A program made the translations under genes and the position numbers. Under the pieces are notes generated by a model. That model had not been told where the DNA came from. It made no database searches and saw only the letters and a list, made by a program, of their open reading frames with translations. Source: Candidatus Sysuimicrobiota bacterium (GTDB lineage: Bacteria > Sysuimicrobiota > Sysuimicrobiia > Sysuimicrobiales > Sysuimicrobiaceae). From it: a DNA stretch of 64,000 bases. Positions 19,882 to 29,048 of the stretch are shown in pieces (the stretch's first letter is position 1; the number at the start of each line of letters is the position of its first letter). Location of the stretch: contig PSLI01000006.1 in NCBI GenBank assembly GCA_040289515.1, positions 2,729 to 66,728 on the forward strand, written 5' to 3'.

Positions 19882-20265
19882 GTGCTGCTGCTGAGACCGG
19901 ATCTGTCCAAGGCCAGTGCCCCCGAGCGCCCGCAGGACTTCGCGGGGCGCGTGCTCCTGCAGGCGCTGCGGCGCACGGAAGACCCGGGCGGCGTGGAGGT
20001 GCTGGCGGTGTTCTTCGAGGGGGGTGCCCGCACCCGACCCCATGTGCACAGCACCGACCAGGTCCTTGTGTTCCTGGAAGGCGAAGGTGTGGTGGCCACC
20101 GAGTCGGAGCGGCGGGTGGTCGCGGCGGGGGAGGTGGTGTGGATCCCCGCGGGCACCTGGCACTGGCACGGCGCCAGCAAGGGACGGTCCTGCTGCCACC
20201 TGTCCATTAAGCCGCCAGGCCCCACCGACTGGAACCCTCCGCTGCGGGACTGGGAGGACTGGTGA
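19882..20265 (+). CDS. Cupin domain protein
   Basis: 'RPHVH...Q' and 'GEVVWIPAGTWHWHG' cupin motifs. Confidence 0.85.
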   Translation: MLLLRPDLSKASAPERPQDFAGRVLLQALRRTEDPGGVEVLAVFFEGGARTRPHVHSTDQVLVFLEGEGVVATESERRVVAAGEVVWIPAGTWHWHGASKGRSCCHLSIKPPGPTDWNPPLRDWEDW

Positions 20266-20750
20266 GCGACCGGCTCACGCACGTGGACGAAGCGGGCCGT
20301 CCCCACATGGTGGACGTCTCGGAGAAACCGGAGACCCTGCGGGTGGCCACCGCGCGGGGGGAGGTCCGCATGCGGGCGGACACCCTGGCGCGGATCCGGG
20401 CCGGCCAGGTGGCCAAGGGCGACGTGCTGGCCGCCGCACAGCTGGCTGCCGTCCAGGGCGCCAAGCGCACGTGGGAGCTGGTGCCCCTGTGCCACCCCAT
20501 CCCCCTGTCGGCGGTGGAGGTGGGGTTTCACCTGCGAGAGCAGCCTCCCGCGGTGGAGGTGCGGGCCACGGTGCGGGCGGTGGCCCGCACGGGGGTGGAG
20601 ATGGAGGCCCTGTGCGCTGTACTGAGCGCGGCGTTGTGCGTGTACGACATGTGCAAGGCCATCGACCGCGACATGGCCATCACGGACATCTGGCTGGAGC
20701 ACAAGTCCGGGGGCCGTTCCGGTGAGTACCGGAGGGCTGGTGGCGGATAG
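20262..20750 (+). CDS. moaC: Cyclic pyranopterin monophosphate synthase
   Basis: 'MVDVSEK', 'KGDVL', 'PLCHP', 'TGVEMEAL', 'YDMCKA', 'KSGGRSG'. Confidence 0.97.
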   Translation: MSDRLTHVDEAGRPHMVDVSEKPETLRVATARGEVRMRADTLARIRAGQVAKGDVLAAAQLAAVQGAKRTWELVPLCHPIPLSAVEVGFHLREQPPAVEVRATVRAVARTGVEMEALCAVLSAALCVYDMCKAIDRDMAITDIWLEHKSGGRSGEYRRAGGG

Positions 20751-21153
20751 GGTGGCCAACCGCTGCTTTGTGTGCGGGCCGGACAACCCCGCCGGGCTAC
20801 GGCTGCGGTTTGTGCAGGACGGGGCAAGGGTTCGGGCGGAGTTCGTCCCCAGGGAGGAGCACGTGGGCTGGGAGGGGATCGTGCACGGTGGCATCCTGGC
20901 CGCGGTGCTGGATGACGCCATGGGCAACGTGTTCTACCTGCAGGGCTACCAGGCCCTCACCGCCCGGATGGAGGTGCGATTCCGCCGGCCCGTACGCCCA
21001 GGGGAGCACCTGGAGGTGCGGGCGTGGGTGGCCGCGGAGGATACCCGCACCGTCACCACCCGCGCGGAGCTGGTGCGGAACGGAGAGGTGGTGTGCAGCG
21101 CCGAGGCTCGGTTCCTCCGCAGCTCCCTGCGGGAGGTGGGCCGTGCGGGCTGA
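20740..21153 (+). CDS. PaaI-family (hotdog) thioesterase
   Basis: 'CFVCGPDNPAGL', 'VHGGILAAVLDDAMG'. Confidence 0.88.
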   Translation: MADRVANRCFVCGPDNPAGLRLRFVQDGARVRAEFVPREEHVGWEGIVHGGILAAVLDDAMGNVFYLQGYQALTARMEVRFRRPVRPGEHLEVRAWVAAEDTRTVTTRAELVRNGEVVCSAEARFLRSSLREVGRAG

Positions 21154-21610
21154 GCCGGAGCGCACCGTGGTGGCCAACCGCCGTGCCCGCCACGACTACC
21201 ACCTGGAGGAGACCTACGAGGCCGGGCTGCAGCTAGTGGGCAGCGAGGTGAAGAGCCTGCGGGCTGGCAGGGCCTCCCTGCAGGACGCGTACGCAAAGGT
21301 GCGCGGGGAAGAGCTGTGGCTCGTTAACATGCACATCGCTCCGTACGAGCAGGCGGGCCCCTTCAACCACGACCCCCTGCGGCCCCGCAAGCTGCTCCTG
21401 CACAAATCCGAGATTCGGCGCCTGGTGGGAAAGGTAAAGGAGCGTGGGTGTACCCTGGTCCCTCTGCGGGTGTACTTCCGCCGGGGCCTGGCTAAGGTGG
21501 AGCTGGCCCTGGCGCGGGGCAAGAAGCAGTACGACAAGCGGGCGGACCTACGCCGGCGGGAGGCCGAACGGGAGGTGGCGCGGGTCCTGGCAGGTCGCCG
21601 CCGGCCGTGA
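21143..21610 (+). CDS. smpB: SsrA-binding protein
   Basis: 'NRRARHDY', 'EAGLQLVGSEVKSLR', 'RKLLLHK', 'KKQYDKR'. Confidence 0.97.
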   Translation: MRAEPERTVVANRRARHDYHLEETYEAGLQLVGSEVKSLRAGRASLQDAYAKVRGEELWLVNMHIAPYEQAGPFNHDPLRPRKLLLHKSEIRRLVGKVKERGCTLVPLRVYFRRGLAKVELALARGKKQYDKRADLRRREAEREVARVLAGRRRP

Positions 21611-21616
21611 TAAAAT
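21608..21616 (+). promoter_or_regulatory. Extended -10 promoter for tmRNA
   Basis: TGaTAAAAT overlapping the smpB stop codon, about 30 nt before the tmRNA 5' end. Confidence 0.5.
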
Positions 21617-21648
21617 GAACGTGGCCTTGCGGGCCGTTGCACCTCGCT

Positions 21649-22005
21649 GGGGGCGAACGGTCTCGACTGGGCAGGAAGCAGCGGGGCTGCGCGCCGAGGT
21701 TTGGTAGGGGCCTCGTAAAACAACCTACCGGACGCGATAAGCGTCAACCAGCCTAGCTTGGCTGCCGCGGCCTAAAACCCGCGGCCGTCTCCCCGGGTTT
21801 GGCCGGCGGGCCCGGAGGGGGCGTGAGCCAGCCGGCTGCGCCCGGCCGCCGTGCTCCTGGCGGCTTGGCTAAGACCGAAGGAGCTTGGCCTCGGGCCATC
21901 CTGCCTGCGGGAGGGCCCGGGGCAACGACAGAACGCAGGCTACGCGCGTAGACGCTTCGCCCTCACCTGTTCAGGACGCGGGTTCGATTCCCGCCGCCTC
22001 CACCA
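21649..22005 (+). ncRNA. ssrA: tmRNA
   Basis: 5' GGGGGCGAACGGTCTCGAC; 3' T-arm GCGGGTTCGATTCCCGC + CGCCTCCACCA; acceptor stem with G3.U; internal tag ORF 21743-21775 (VNQPSLAAAA*); adjacent to smpB. Confidence 0.95.
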
Positions 22006-22057
22006 CAGAAAATTTTCTTCCCCCCAACGGCAGGAAGCAGCTTGGTGCTTGGCGAAC

Positions 22058-22074
22058 TGACTGTCTGACAATCA
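22058..22074. promoter_or_regulatory. Imperfect palindrome, candidate FadR/GntR operator
   Basis: TGACTGTCTGACAATCA (core TGTC-N-GACA) upstream of an operon encoding a FadR-type regulator. Confidence 0.45.
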
Positions 22075-22096
22075 GATCAAGCGGGGGGGAGCGGTC

Positions 22097-22246
22097 ATGC
22101 GGCGGTGGAGCTGGGCCGGGTGGTGGGCTGCAGTGTTGGCGATGGGCCTGGTGTCGGCCGCCTCCAGCGGGTCCGCGGAGGGGCCTGCCGCCGCCCGCCC
22201 TTCGCGGCCACGATCTGTCAGCCAAGCCGGTGGTGGAGTGACGTGA
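22097..22246 (+). pseudogene. 49-aa signal-peptide-only ORF (probable remnant of a secreted/binding protein)
   Basis: MRRWSWAGWWAAVLAMGLVSAASSGSAEG... after a G-rich RBS; stop overlaps the regulator start (GTGA). Confidence 0.45.
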
Positions 22247-22971
22247 TCGAGCCCATCGAGCGCCCCAAGGTGTACCAGCTGGTGGCGGAGCGCCTGCTGC
22301 ACCAGATCCGCCAGCGCCACTTGAGCTCCGGGGACAGCCTGCCACCCGAGCACGAGCTGGCCCGGCGGTACGGGGTGGGCCGGTCCTCGGTGCGGGAAGC
22401 CTTGCGGCTGCTGGAGTCCAAGGGGGTGATCCGGTCTGCCGGCCACGGCTCCTTTGTCGTGGCGGAGTACGGCAACACCCTGGTGGACTCCCTGCGCTTC
22501 CTGCTGACCCTGGAGGTCTTCGACCTGCTGGAGCTGTACGAGATCCGGAAGGTACTGGAGACGGAGTTCGCGGCGCTGGCGGCCTGCCGCCGCTCGGAGG
22601 TCCACCTCCGGCGGATGGAGGAGGCACTGCAGGAGATGGAAGCGGGGTTGGACTCCCAGGCCCGCTACATCGAGGCGGACCTGCGCTTCCACCTCACCAT
22701 AGCGGAGGCCACCCGCAACCGGGTCGCGGTGTACGTGATGCGGGCCATCCGCGACCCCCTCCACCGTGCCTTGGCCCGCGTGTACCACATGCCCGGAAGC
22801 CCGCAGAAATCCCTCGCGCAGCACCGAGCCATCCTGGAGGCGGTGCGGTCGGCGGACCCGGAGGCGGCCCGGGCGCGGATGGAGGAGCACCTGGGCCGGG
22901 TCCACGAGGACATCCGGAAGGTGCTGCACACGGACGCCGCGCACCGTCGCGCGGGAGGAGGGCGGGGTTGA
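22243..22971 (+). CDS. FadR/GntR family transcriptional regulator
   Basis: 'LPPEHELARRYGVGRSSVREAL' wHTH; FCD domain 'DLRFH...N', 'HRAILEA...MEEHL'. Confidence 0.93.
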   Translation: MIEPIERPKVYQLVAERLLHQIRQRHLSSGDSLPPEHELARRYGVGRSSVREALRLLESKGVIRSAGHGSFVVAEYGNTLVDSLRFLLTLEVFDLLELYEIRKVLETEFAALAACRRSEVHLRRMEEALQEMEAGLDSQARYIEADLRFHLTIAEATRNRVAVYVMRAIRDPLHRALARVYHMPGSPQKSLAQHRAILEAVRSADPEAARARMEEHLGRVHEDIRKVLHTDAAHRRAGGGRG

Positions 22972-23855
22972 AGGTCGGGTTCGTGGGCCTGGGAGTCATG
23001 GGAAGCCGCATGGTGAAACGGCTGCTGGACCGAGGCCGCGCCGTGGTGGGGTACAACCGCACCAGGGCCAAGGCCCAGTGGCTGCTGGACCTCGGCATGG
23101 AGTGGGCCGACAGCCCCCGGGCGGTGGCGGAGGCGGCGGACGTGGTGTTCACCATGGTGACGGACACCAAGGCCCTGCAGGCGGTCACGGCGGGCCCGGA
23201 CGGGATTCTGGCGGGGTTGGGCCCCGGGAAGGTGTACGTGGACATGAGCACCGTGAGCCCTGCGGCCAGCCGTGCCCTAGCGGAGAGGGTGCGCCAGCGG
23301 GGGGCGCAGATGCTGGACGCGCCGGTGTCCGGCAGCGTGGTGACCCTGGAGGAGGGGCGGCTGTCCATCATGGTGGGCGGTGACCGCGAAGCCTTCGAGC
23401 GGGTCCTGCCCGTGCTGCAGGACATCGGGCCCGTGGTGACCCACGTGGGCGGCAACGGCCAGGCGGTGCTCATGAAGGTGGCCACAAATTTGAGCCTGGC
23501 CGTACAGATGCTGGCCTTCAGCGAGGGGCTCCTGCTGGCGGAGAAAGGGGGGATCCCCCGCGAGACCGCGGTCCACGTGCTGCTGCACAGCGTCATCGCT
23601 TCCCCCATGCTGAAGTACCGGGGTCCCTTCGTGTTGAGGATGCCGGAGGAGGCATGGTTTGACGTCAACATGATGCAGAAGGATCTGCTGCTGGCCCTGG
23701 AGATGGGCCGGGAACTAAACGTGCCCCTGCCCACCACGGCCACCACCAACGAGTACCTCACCGCGGCTCGGGGGCTGGGGCTGGCGCGCTGTGATTTCGC
23801 GGTGCTGTTCGAGGTGCTCGCGCGACTCTCGGGACGTCCGCCTGAGCTGGCTTAG
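22968..23855 (+). CDS. NAD(P)-dependent beta-hydroxyacid dehydrogenase (3-hydroxyisobutyrate DH family)
   Basis: 'GFVGLGVMG', 'DMSTVSP', 'DAPVSG', catalytic 'MKVATN', 'QKDL'. Confidence 0.92.
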   Translation: MKVGFVGLGVMGSRMVKRLLDRGRAVVGYNRTRAKAQWLLDLGMEWADSPRAVAEAADVVFTMVTDTKALQAVTAGPDGILAGLGPGKVYVDMSTVSPAASRALAERVRQRGAQMLDAPVSGSVVTLEEGRLSIMVGGDREAFERVLPVLQDIGPVVTHVGGNGQAVLMKVATNLSLAVQMLAFSEGLLLAEKGGIPRETAVHVLLHSVIASPMLKYRGPFVLRMPEEAWFDVNMMQKDLLLALEMGRELNVPLPTTATTNEYLTAARGLGLARCDFAVLFEVLARLSGRPPELA

Positions 23856-23866
23856 GAGGGAGACCC

Positions 23867-24880
23867 ATGCACGGACCCGTCGCTGCGGACCGCACGGAAC
23901 TGCCGGACGAGGTACGGGACGTCCCCGCCGCGGACTGGTTGCGCATGTACCGGCTCATGGCGACCATCCGGATCTTCGAGGAGCAGGTGAACGAGCTGTA
24001 CGTGACCCGGCGCATGCCCGGCCTCGCGCACTTGTACATCGGCGAGGAGGCGGTGGCGGTGGGGGTGTGCGGGGCCCTGCGGCGGGAGGATTTTATCACC
24101 AGCACCCACCGCGGGCACGGCCACTGCCTGGCCAAGGGCGGCGAGGTGCGGCGCATGTTCTGCGAGCTGTTGGGCAGGGCGGAAGGCTACTGCCGGGGCA
24201 AGGGCGGTTCCATGCACATCGCGGATCCCCAGTCCGGCAACCTGGGCGCCAACGCCATCGTGGGGGGGGGCGCGGGAATCGCCACGGGCGCGGCTCTGTC
24301 CGCCCGCATGCGGGGCACGGACCAGGTGGCGGTGTGCTTCTTCGGGGAGGGGGCCCTGGGGCAGGGGCTGCTGTACGAGGTCATGAACATGGCCTTCCTG
24401 TGGAAGCTGCCCGTGGTGTACGTGTGCGAGAACAACCTGTACAACGAGTACACCCACTACCGGGAGACCACCGCGGGCGACATCCTGGCACGGCCGCGCG
24501 CCTTTGGGATCCCTGCGGAGGAGGTGGACGGCCAGGACGTGCGGGCGGTGCTGGCGGCAGCCCGGCGGGCGGTGGCCCGCGCCCGAAAGGGGGACGGGCC
24601 CTCCTTCCTCCTGTGCAACACCTACCGCTACTTCGGCCACCACGTGGGTGACGTGGACCGCTCCTACTACCGCAGCCGCGAGGAAGAGGAGAACTGGAAG
24701 GCGCACCGGGATCCCCTGAAGATCCTGCGGGGGTGGATGCTGGCCGCGAGCCTGGCTCGGCCGGAGGAGTTCGAGGCTGCAGAACAGGCCGCCCGGGAGG
24801 AAGTCCTGCAGGGGGTCGCTTACGCTCTGGCGGCGCCGTACCCGGACCCCAGCGAGGTGAGCGAGCATGTCTATGCCTAG
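23867..24880 (+). CDS. TPP-dependent dehydrogenase E1 alpha (AcoA/PdhA-like)
   Basis: 'HLYIGEEA', 'STHRGHGH', 'GKGGSMH', TPP motif GEG...ENN, 'YRYFGH'. Confidence 0.93.
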   Translation: MHGPVAADRTELPDEVRDVPAADWLRMYRLMATIRIFEEQVNELYVTRRMPGLAHLYIGEEAVAVGVCGALRREDFITSTHRGHGHCLAKGGEVRRMFCELLGRAEGYCRGKGGSMHIADPQSGNLGANAIVGGGAGIATGAALSARMRGTDQVAVCFFGEGALGQGLLYEVMNMAFLWKLPVVYVCENNLYNEYTHYRETTAGDILARPRAFGIPAEEVDGQDVRAVLAAARRAVARARKGDGPSFLLCNTYRYFGHHVGDVDRSYYRSREEEENWKAHRDPLKILRGWMLAASLARPEEFEAAEQAAREEVLQGVAYALAAPYPDPSEVSEHVYA

Positions 24881-25895
24881 CACGCTCCCCGCCACGTCGG
24901 CCTCGGGCGCGGTGCGGGAGCTCACCCTCGCCCAGGCCATCCGGGAGGCGCTGGCGGAGGAGATGCGGCGTGACCCGCGGGTGTTCATCCTGGGCGAGGA
25001 CGTGGCCGAGGCGGGTACACCCTTCAGGGTGTTGTCCGGACTGGTGCAGGAGTTCGGGCCGCAGCGGGTGGTGGACACACCCATCTCCGAGGCGGGGTTC
25101 GTGGGGATCGCGGTGGGCGCCGCCATGACCGGCCTGCGGCCGGTGGTGGATATCATGTTCGGCGATTTCCTCACCCTGGCTATGGATCAGATCGTAAACC
25201 AGGCGGCCAAGGTGCACTACATGTCGGGGGGGAAGCTGAAGGTGCCCCTGGTGATCCGCACGACCCTCGGGGCTACCCGCCGGTCCGCGGCCCAGCACAG
25301 CCAGAGCCTGCACGCCTGGTTCAGTCACATCCCGGGCCTGAAGGTGGCGCTCCCCTCCACCCCCTACGACGCCAAGGGCCTGCTGAAGACCGCCATCCGG
25401 GACGACAACCCCGTGCTGTTCTTCGAGGACAAGATGATGTACCAAGTCAAGGGCCCGGTCCCGGAAGGGGAGTACACCATCCCCTTCGGGGTGGCGGACG
25501 TCAAGCGGCCGGGCCGACACGTGACGCTCGTGGCCACCAGCAGCATGGTGTACGTGGCCCTGGAGGCCGCGGAGCTTTTGCAGCAGGAGGGCATCGAGGC
25601 GGAGGTGGTGGACCCCCGCACCACGGTCCCCCTGGACGTGGACACGCTGGTGCGCAGCGCGCGCAAGACCGGACGTGTGGTGGTGGTGGACGAGGGGCAC
25701 CGCCGCTACGGGGTCACCGCGGAGATCGCCGCGGTGATCGCGGAGGAGGCCTTCTACGACCTGGAGGCTCCCGTGCGCCGTGTAGCGGCCCTGGACGTGC
25801 CGGTTCCCTTCTCGCCGGTGCTGGAGGACCAGACGGTGCCCACCCCCCAGCAGGTGGCCGCGGTGGCCCGGGAGGTGTGCCAAGCGAGCTCGTGA
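24867..25895 (+). CDS. TPP-dependent dehydrogenase E1 beta (AcoB/PdhB-like)
   Basis: 'GEDV', 'DTPISE', 'DQIVNQAAK', 'AAQHSQ', 'DAKGLL'. Confidence 0.93.
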   Translation: MSMPSTLPATSASGAVRELTLAQAIREALAEEMRRDPRVFILGEDVAEAGTPFRVLSGLVQEFGPQRVVDTPISEAGFVGIAVGAAMTGLRPVVDIMFGDFLTLAMDQIVNQAAKVHYMSGGKLKVPLVIRTTLGATRRSAAQHSQSLHAWFSHIPGLKVALPSTPYDAKGLLKTAIRDDNPVLFFEDKMMYQVKGPVPEGEYTIPFGVADVKRPGRHVTLVATSSMVYVALEAAELLQQEGIEAEVVDPRTTVPLDVDTLVRSARKTGRVVVVDEGHRRYGVTAEIAAVIAEEAFYDLEAPVRRVAALDVPVPFSPVLEDQTVPTPQQVAAVAREVCQASS

Positions 25896-25921
25896 AGGCC
25901 CTGCGACAGGAGGTGCGGGCG

Positions 25922-27259
25922 ATGGGGATCAAGACGTACGGGCTTATGGGCGTGGACTGGGAAGCGCGGGTGGATTACGAGCGCCTGCGCCGGGACCGTC
26001 TGGCACGGGTCAAGGCCCTCTTGAAACGCTCGGAGCTGGGTTCCCTGCTGTGCTTCGACATGAACAACATCCGTTACATCACCGCCACCCACATCGGGAC
26101 GTGGGCCATGGACAAGCTGGTGCGGTTCTGCCTGCTGCCCCAGGACGACGAGCCCATCCTGTGGGACTTCGGGTCCGCGGCACGGCACCACCAGCTGTAC
26201 TGCCCGTGGCTGGGGGAGCGATCCAGGGCCGGGATCTCCACCCTGCGGGGGGCATACCCGGAGCGGGCCCGGGATGTGGCCCGGAAGATCCGGGTGGAGC
26301 TGGAGGCGAGAGGGCTCCACCGGGACCCCGTGGGGGTGGACGTGGTGGAGCCCCCGGTGCTGTTCGCGCTGCAGGAGGAAGGCCTGCGGGTGGTGGACGG
26401 GCAGCCCCTCATGCAGGAGGCCCGCAAGATCAAGACCCAGGACGAGATCACCCTGCTGACCACCGCCTGCATGATGGTGGACGCCGCGTACGAGGAGCTG
26501 TACAAGTTCCTGCGGCCCGGGGTCCGGGAGAACGAGTGCGTGGGCCTGGTGGCCAAGGTGCTGTACGACCTGGGGTCCGAGCATGTGGAGGGCGTGAACG
26601 CCATCAGCGGGGAGCGCTGCAACCCGCACCCCCACGTGTACACCGACCGTGTGCTGCGGCCCGGGGACCCCGTCTACTTCGACATCCTCCACAGCTTCAA
26701 CGGCTACCGCACCTGCTACTACCGGACCTTCGTGGTGGGCAGCGCCTCCCCCGCCATGGTGGATGCTTACAAGCGGTGCCGGGACTACCTGGACGCCGCC
26801 ATCAGCTTCATCAAGCCCGGCGTGACCACCGCGGAGGTGGTGAAGGTATGGCCCAAGGCCGAGGAGTTCGGCTTCCCCAACGAGGAGGCGGCCTTCGCCC
26901 TCCAGTACGGGCATGGGGTCGGGCTGTCCATCTGGGAGAAGCCCATCTTCAGCCGGTTGGTGTCCTTTGACGAGCCGGAGGTCATCGAGGAAGGGATGGT
27001 GTTCGCCCTGGAGACCTTTTGGCCTGCCGCGGACGGGTGGAGCGCGGCCCGCATTGAGGAGCAGCTGGTGGTCACCAAGAATGGGTGCGAGGTCATCACC
27101 CGGTTCCCCGCGGAGAAGCTCCTGGTGGCCGGGACGCGATACTGGACCGTGGACGGTCCGCTGTCGACGACCCGAGAGGTGCAGTCCCAGCTGAACCGCA
27201 CCACTCCGCCCCTGCAGGCCGTGGTGGCCTCCGCGGCGGCGGAAGGCGTGCGGCCCTGA
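25922..27259 (+). CDS. M24 (pita-bread) family hydrolase/lyase, atypical metal site
   Basis: Creatinase-like N-domain; 'FDILHSFNGYRTCYYRT', 'GHGVGL', 'FALET', 'RIEE'; ATG after GGAGG. Confidence 0.85.
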   Translation: MGIKTYGLMGVDWEARVDYERLRRDRLARVKALLKRSELGSLLCFDMNNIRYITATHIGTWAMDKLVRFCLLPQDDEPILWDFGSAARHHQLYCPWLGERSRAGISTLRGAYPERARDVARKIRVELEARGLHRDPVGVDVVEPPVLFALQEEGLRVVDGQPLMQEARKIKTQDEITLLTTACMMVDAAYEELYKFLRPGVRENECVGLVAKVLYDLGSEHVEGVNAISGERCNPHPHVYTDRVLRPGDPVYFDILHSFNGYRTCYYRTFVVGSASPAMVDAYKRCRDYLDAAISFIKPGVTTAEVVKVWPKAEEFGFPNEEAAFALQYGHGVGLSIWEKPIFSRLVSFDEPEVIEEGMVFALETFWPAADGWSAARIEEQLVVTKNGCEVITRFPAEKLLVAGTRYWTVDGPLSTTREVQSQLNRTTPPLQAVVASAAAEGVRP

Positions 27260-27269
27260 GGAGGGCGCG

Positions 27270-28424
27270 TTGCCAAAGGAGCTGATCATGCCTGCCCTGG
27301 GCATGGCCCAGGAGACCGGGAAGGTCCTCCGGTGGCTGCGCGGCGAGGGCGAGGAGGTCCGTCAGGGGGAGCCCGTGCTGGAGGTGGAGACGGACAAGGC
27401 CAATGTGGAAATCGAGGCCCCCGCATCCGGCATGCTGGCTCGGATCCTGGCGCGCGAGGGAGCAGAGGTCCCCGTGGGTCAGGTGATCGGCTGGATCCTG
27501 CTGCCCGGCGAGCAGCCCTCTGAGCTGCCTGTGGAGCGACCAAGCCCCTTGGCGGTCGAATCCGCGCCTGCGGCACCCCAAACACCCGGAGCCGCGGCGG
27601 TCCAGGCACCCCCTGCCGCCTTCAGCCGTCCCCGTGCTTCTCCCAAGGCCCGGCGGATGGCGCGGGAGAGCGGGGTGGACCTGAGCCAGGTGGCGGGCTC
27701 CGGCCCGGGCGGTGCCGTGCTGGCCACGGACCTGAAGCGCCTGCGGGCGGGTGAAGCGGAGGGCGTCCCGCACGTGTGGAAGCTCATGGCGGAGCGCACC
27801 GCCCGGGCCTGGGCCACGGTGCCGCATTTTTTCCTGCAGCGGGATGTGCGGGCGGACCGGTTGCTGAGCTGGCGGGAGGCCCTGCGGGGGCGGGTGGCGG
27901 CGGAGCTCACGCTCACGGACCTGCTGGTGAAGCTGGCGGCCGCGGCCTTGCGCGCCCACCCGGAGATGAACGTGAGCTGGGAGGACGGCCGCCTGCGCCG
28001 GCTTGAGGGGGTCCATGTGGGCATCGCGGTGGCTACCGAACAGGGGCTGGTGGTGCCCGTGATCCACCGCGCGGACGTCCTTCCCGTGGCGGAGATTGCC
28101 ACCCGCCGGGCGGAGCTTGTGGAGCGCGCGCGGGCGGGAAAACTCCGCCCCGAGGATGTGGAGGGTGGCACCTTCACCGTCAGCAACCTGGGCATGTACG
28201 GGGTGGACCGGTTCTTCGCCATCGTGAACGCTCCCCAGGCAGCCGTCCTTGGTATCGGCCGCGTCACCGAGCGGGTGGTGGCGGAGGAAGGCCGGGCAGC
28301 CGTGCGGCCGGGTCTCACCCTGGGGCTGTCGTGCGACCACCGGGCCGTGGACGGAGCCCGGGCGGCCCGGTTCCTGGACACCCTGGCCTGTTGGGTGGAG
28401 GAGCCCCTCGCGTTGCTCCTCTGA
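27270..28424 (+). CDS. Dihydrolipoamide acyltransferase E2
   Basis: Lipoyl 'ETDKA', E3-binding 'ASPKARRMA...GSGPGG', catalytic 'DHRAVDG'. Confidence 0.93.
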   Translation: MPKELIMPALGMAQETGKVLRWLRGEGEEVRQGEPVLEVETDKANVEIEAPASGMLARILAREGAEVPVGQVIGWILLPGEQPSELPVERPSPLAVESAPAAPQTPGAAAVQAPPAAFSRPRASPKARRMARESGVDLSQVAGSGPGGAVLATDLKRLRAGEAEGVPHVWKLMAERTARAWATVPHFFLQRDVRADRLLSWREALRGRVAAELTLTDLLVKLAAAALRAHPEMNVSWEDGRLRRLEGVHVGIAVATEQGLVVPVIHRADVLPVAEIATRRAELVERARAGKLRPEDVEGGTFTVSNLGMYGVDRFFAIVNAPQAAVLGIGRVTERVVAEEGRAAVRPGLTLGLSCDHRAVDGARAARFLDTLACWVEEPLALLL

Positions 28425-28449
28425 CGGACGGTTTTGAGGAGGCTTGCCG

Positions 28450-29046
28450 ATGCAACGCGTGAGGTTCATCGGTCTGGGTGCCATGGGAGCCGTGAGCGTG
28501 CCGCGGCTGTTGCAAGCGGGCTATGCCGTCGTGGGGTGGAACCGCACGGAATCCAAGGCGCGGCCCTTGCGGGAGGCGGGGATGGCCTGTGCGGGACGTG
28601 GCGCTGGGCCCGGAGGGCGTGCTGGCGGGCCTGCTCCCCTACATCGGGCCCAACGGCAGCGCCTGCGCCATGAAGCTGGCAGTGAACCTGCTGCTCATGG
28701 TGGAGGTGATCACCTTCGGAGAGGCGGTGGCGCTAGCAGAGAAGGCGGCCGTAGACCGTGCGGGGGCGGTGGAAGCCATTCTGAACAGCGTGGCGGCGTC
28801 TCCCGTGCTGGCATACCGCGGGCCCTTCATCCTGGAGGGGAGGATGCCGGACCGGCCCTGGCGGACGTCAACCCCTAACAGAAGGACATGCTCCCAGTAC
28901 TGGGCCTGGCGCGCAGGCTGGGAAGTCCGGTTCCCCTGGCGGCCGCCAACGACATGATGAACGCGTGCCGCGGGCTCGGGCTGGACCACCTGGGGTTCAT
29001 GGTAGCGCACCGGGTGTACCGGAGGTTTGGAGGGGAGGGAGGCTGA
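28450..29046 (+). pseudogene. Decayed second beta-hydroxyacid dehydrogenase
   Basis: 'FIGLGAMG', 'WNRT', 'MKLAVN' and 'QKDM' lie in different frames; middle region deleted; internal stop. Confidence 0.8.
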
Positions 29047-29048
29047 GG

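Noticed and set aside
22029-22041. GGCAGGAAGCAGC, repeated from the tmRNA (21670-21682) and resembling SRP helix 8
   Set aside because: Lacks the CAGG..CC-GNRA-GG hairpin of SRP RNA; a 13-bp match is too weak for an att site
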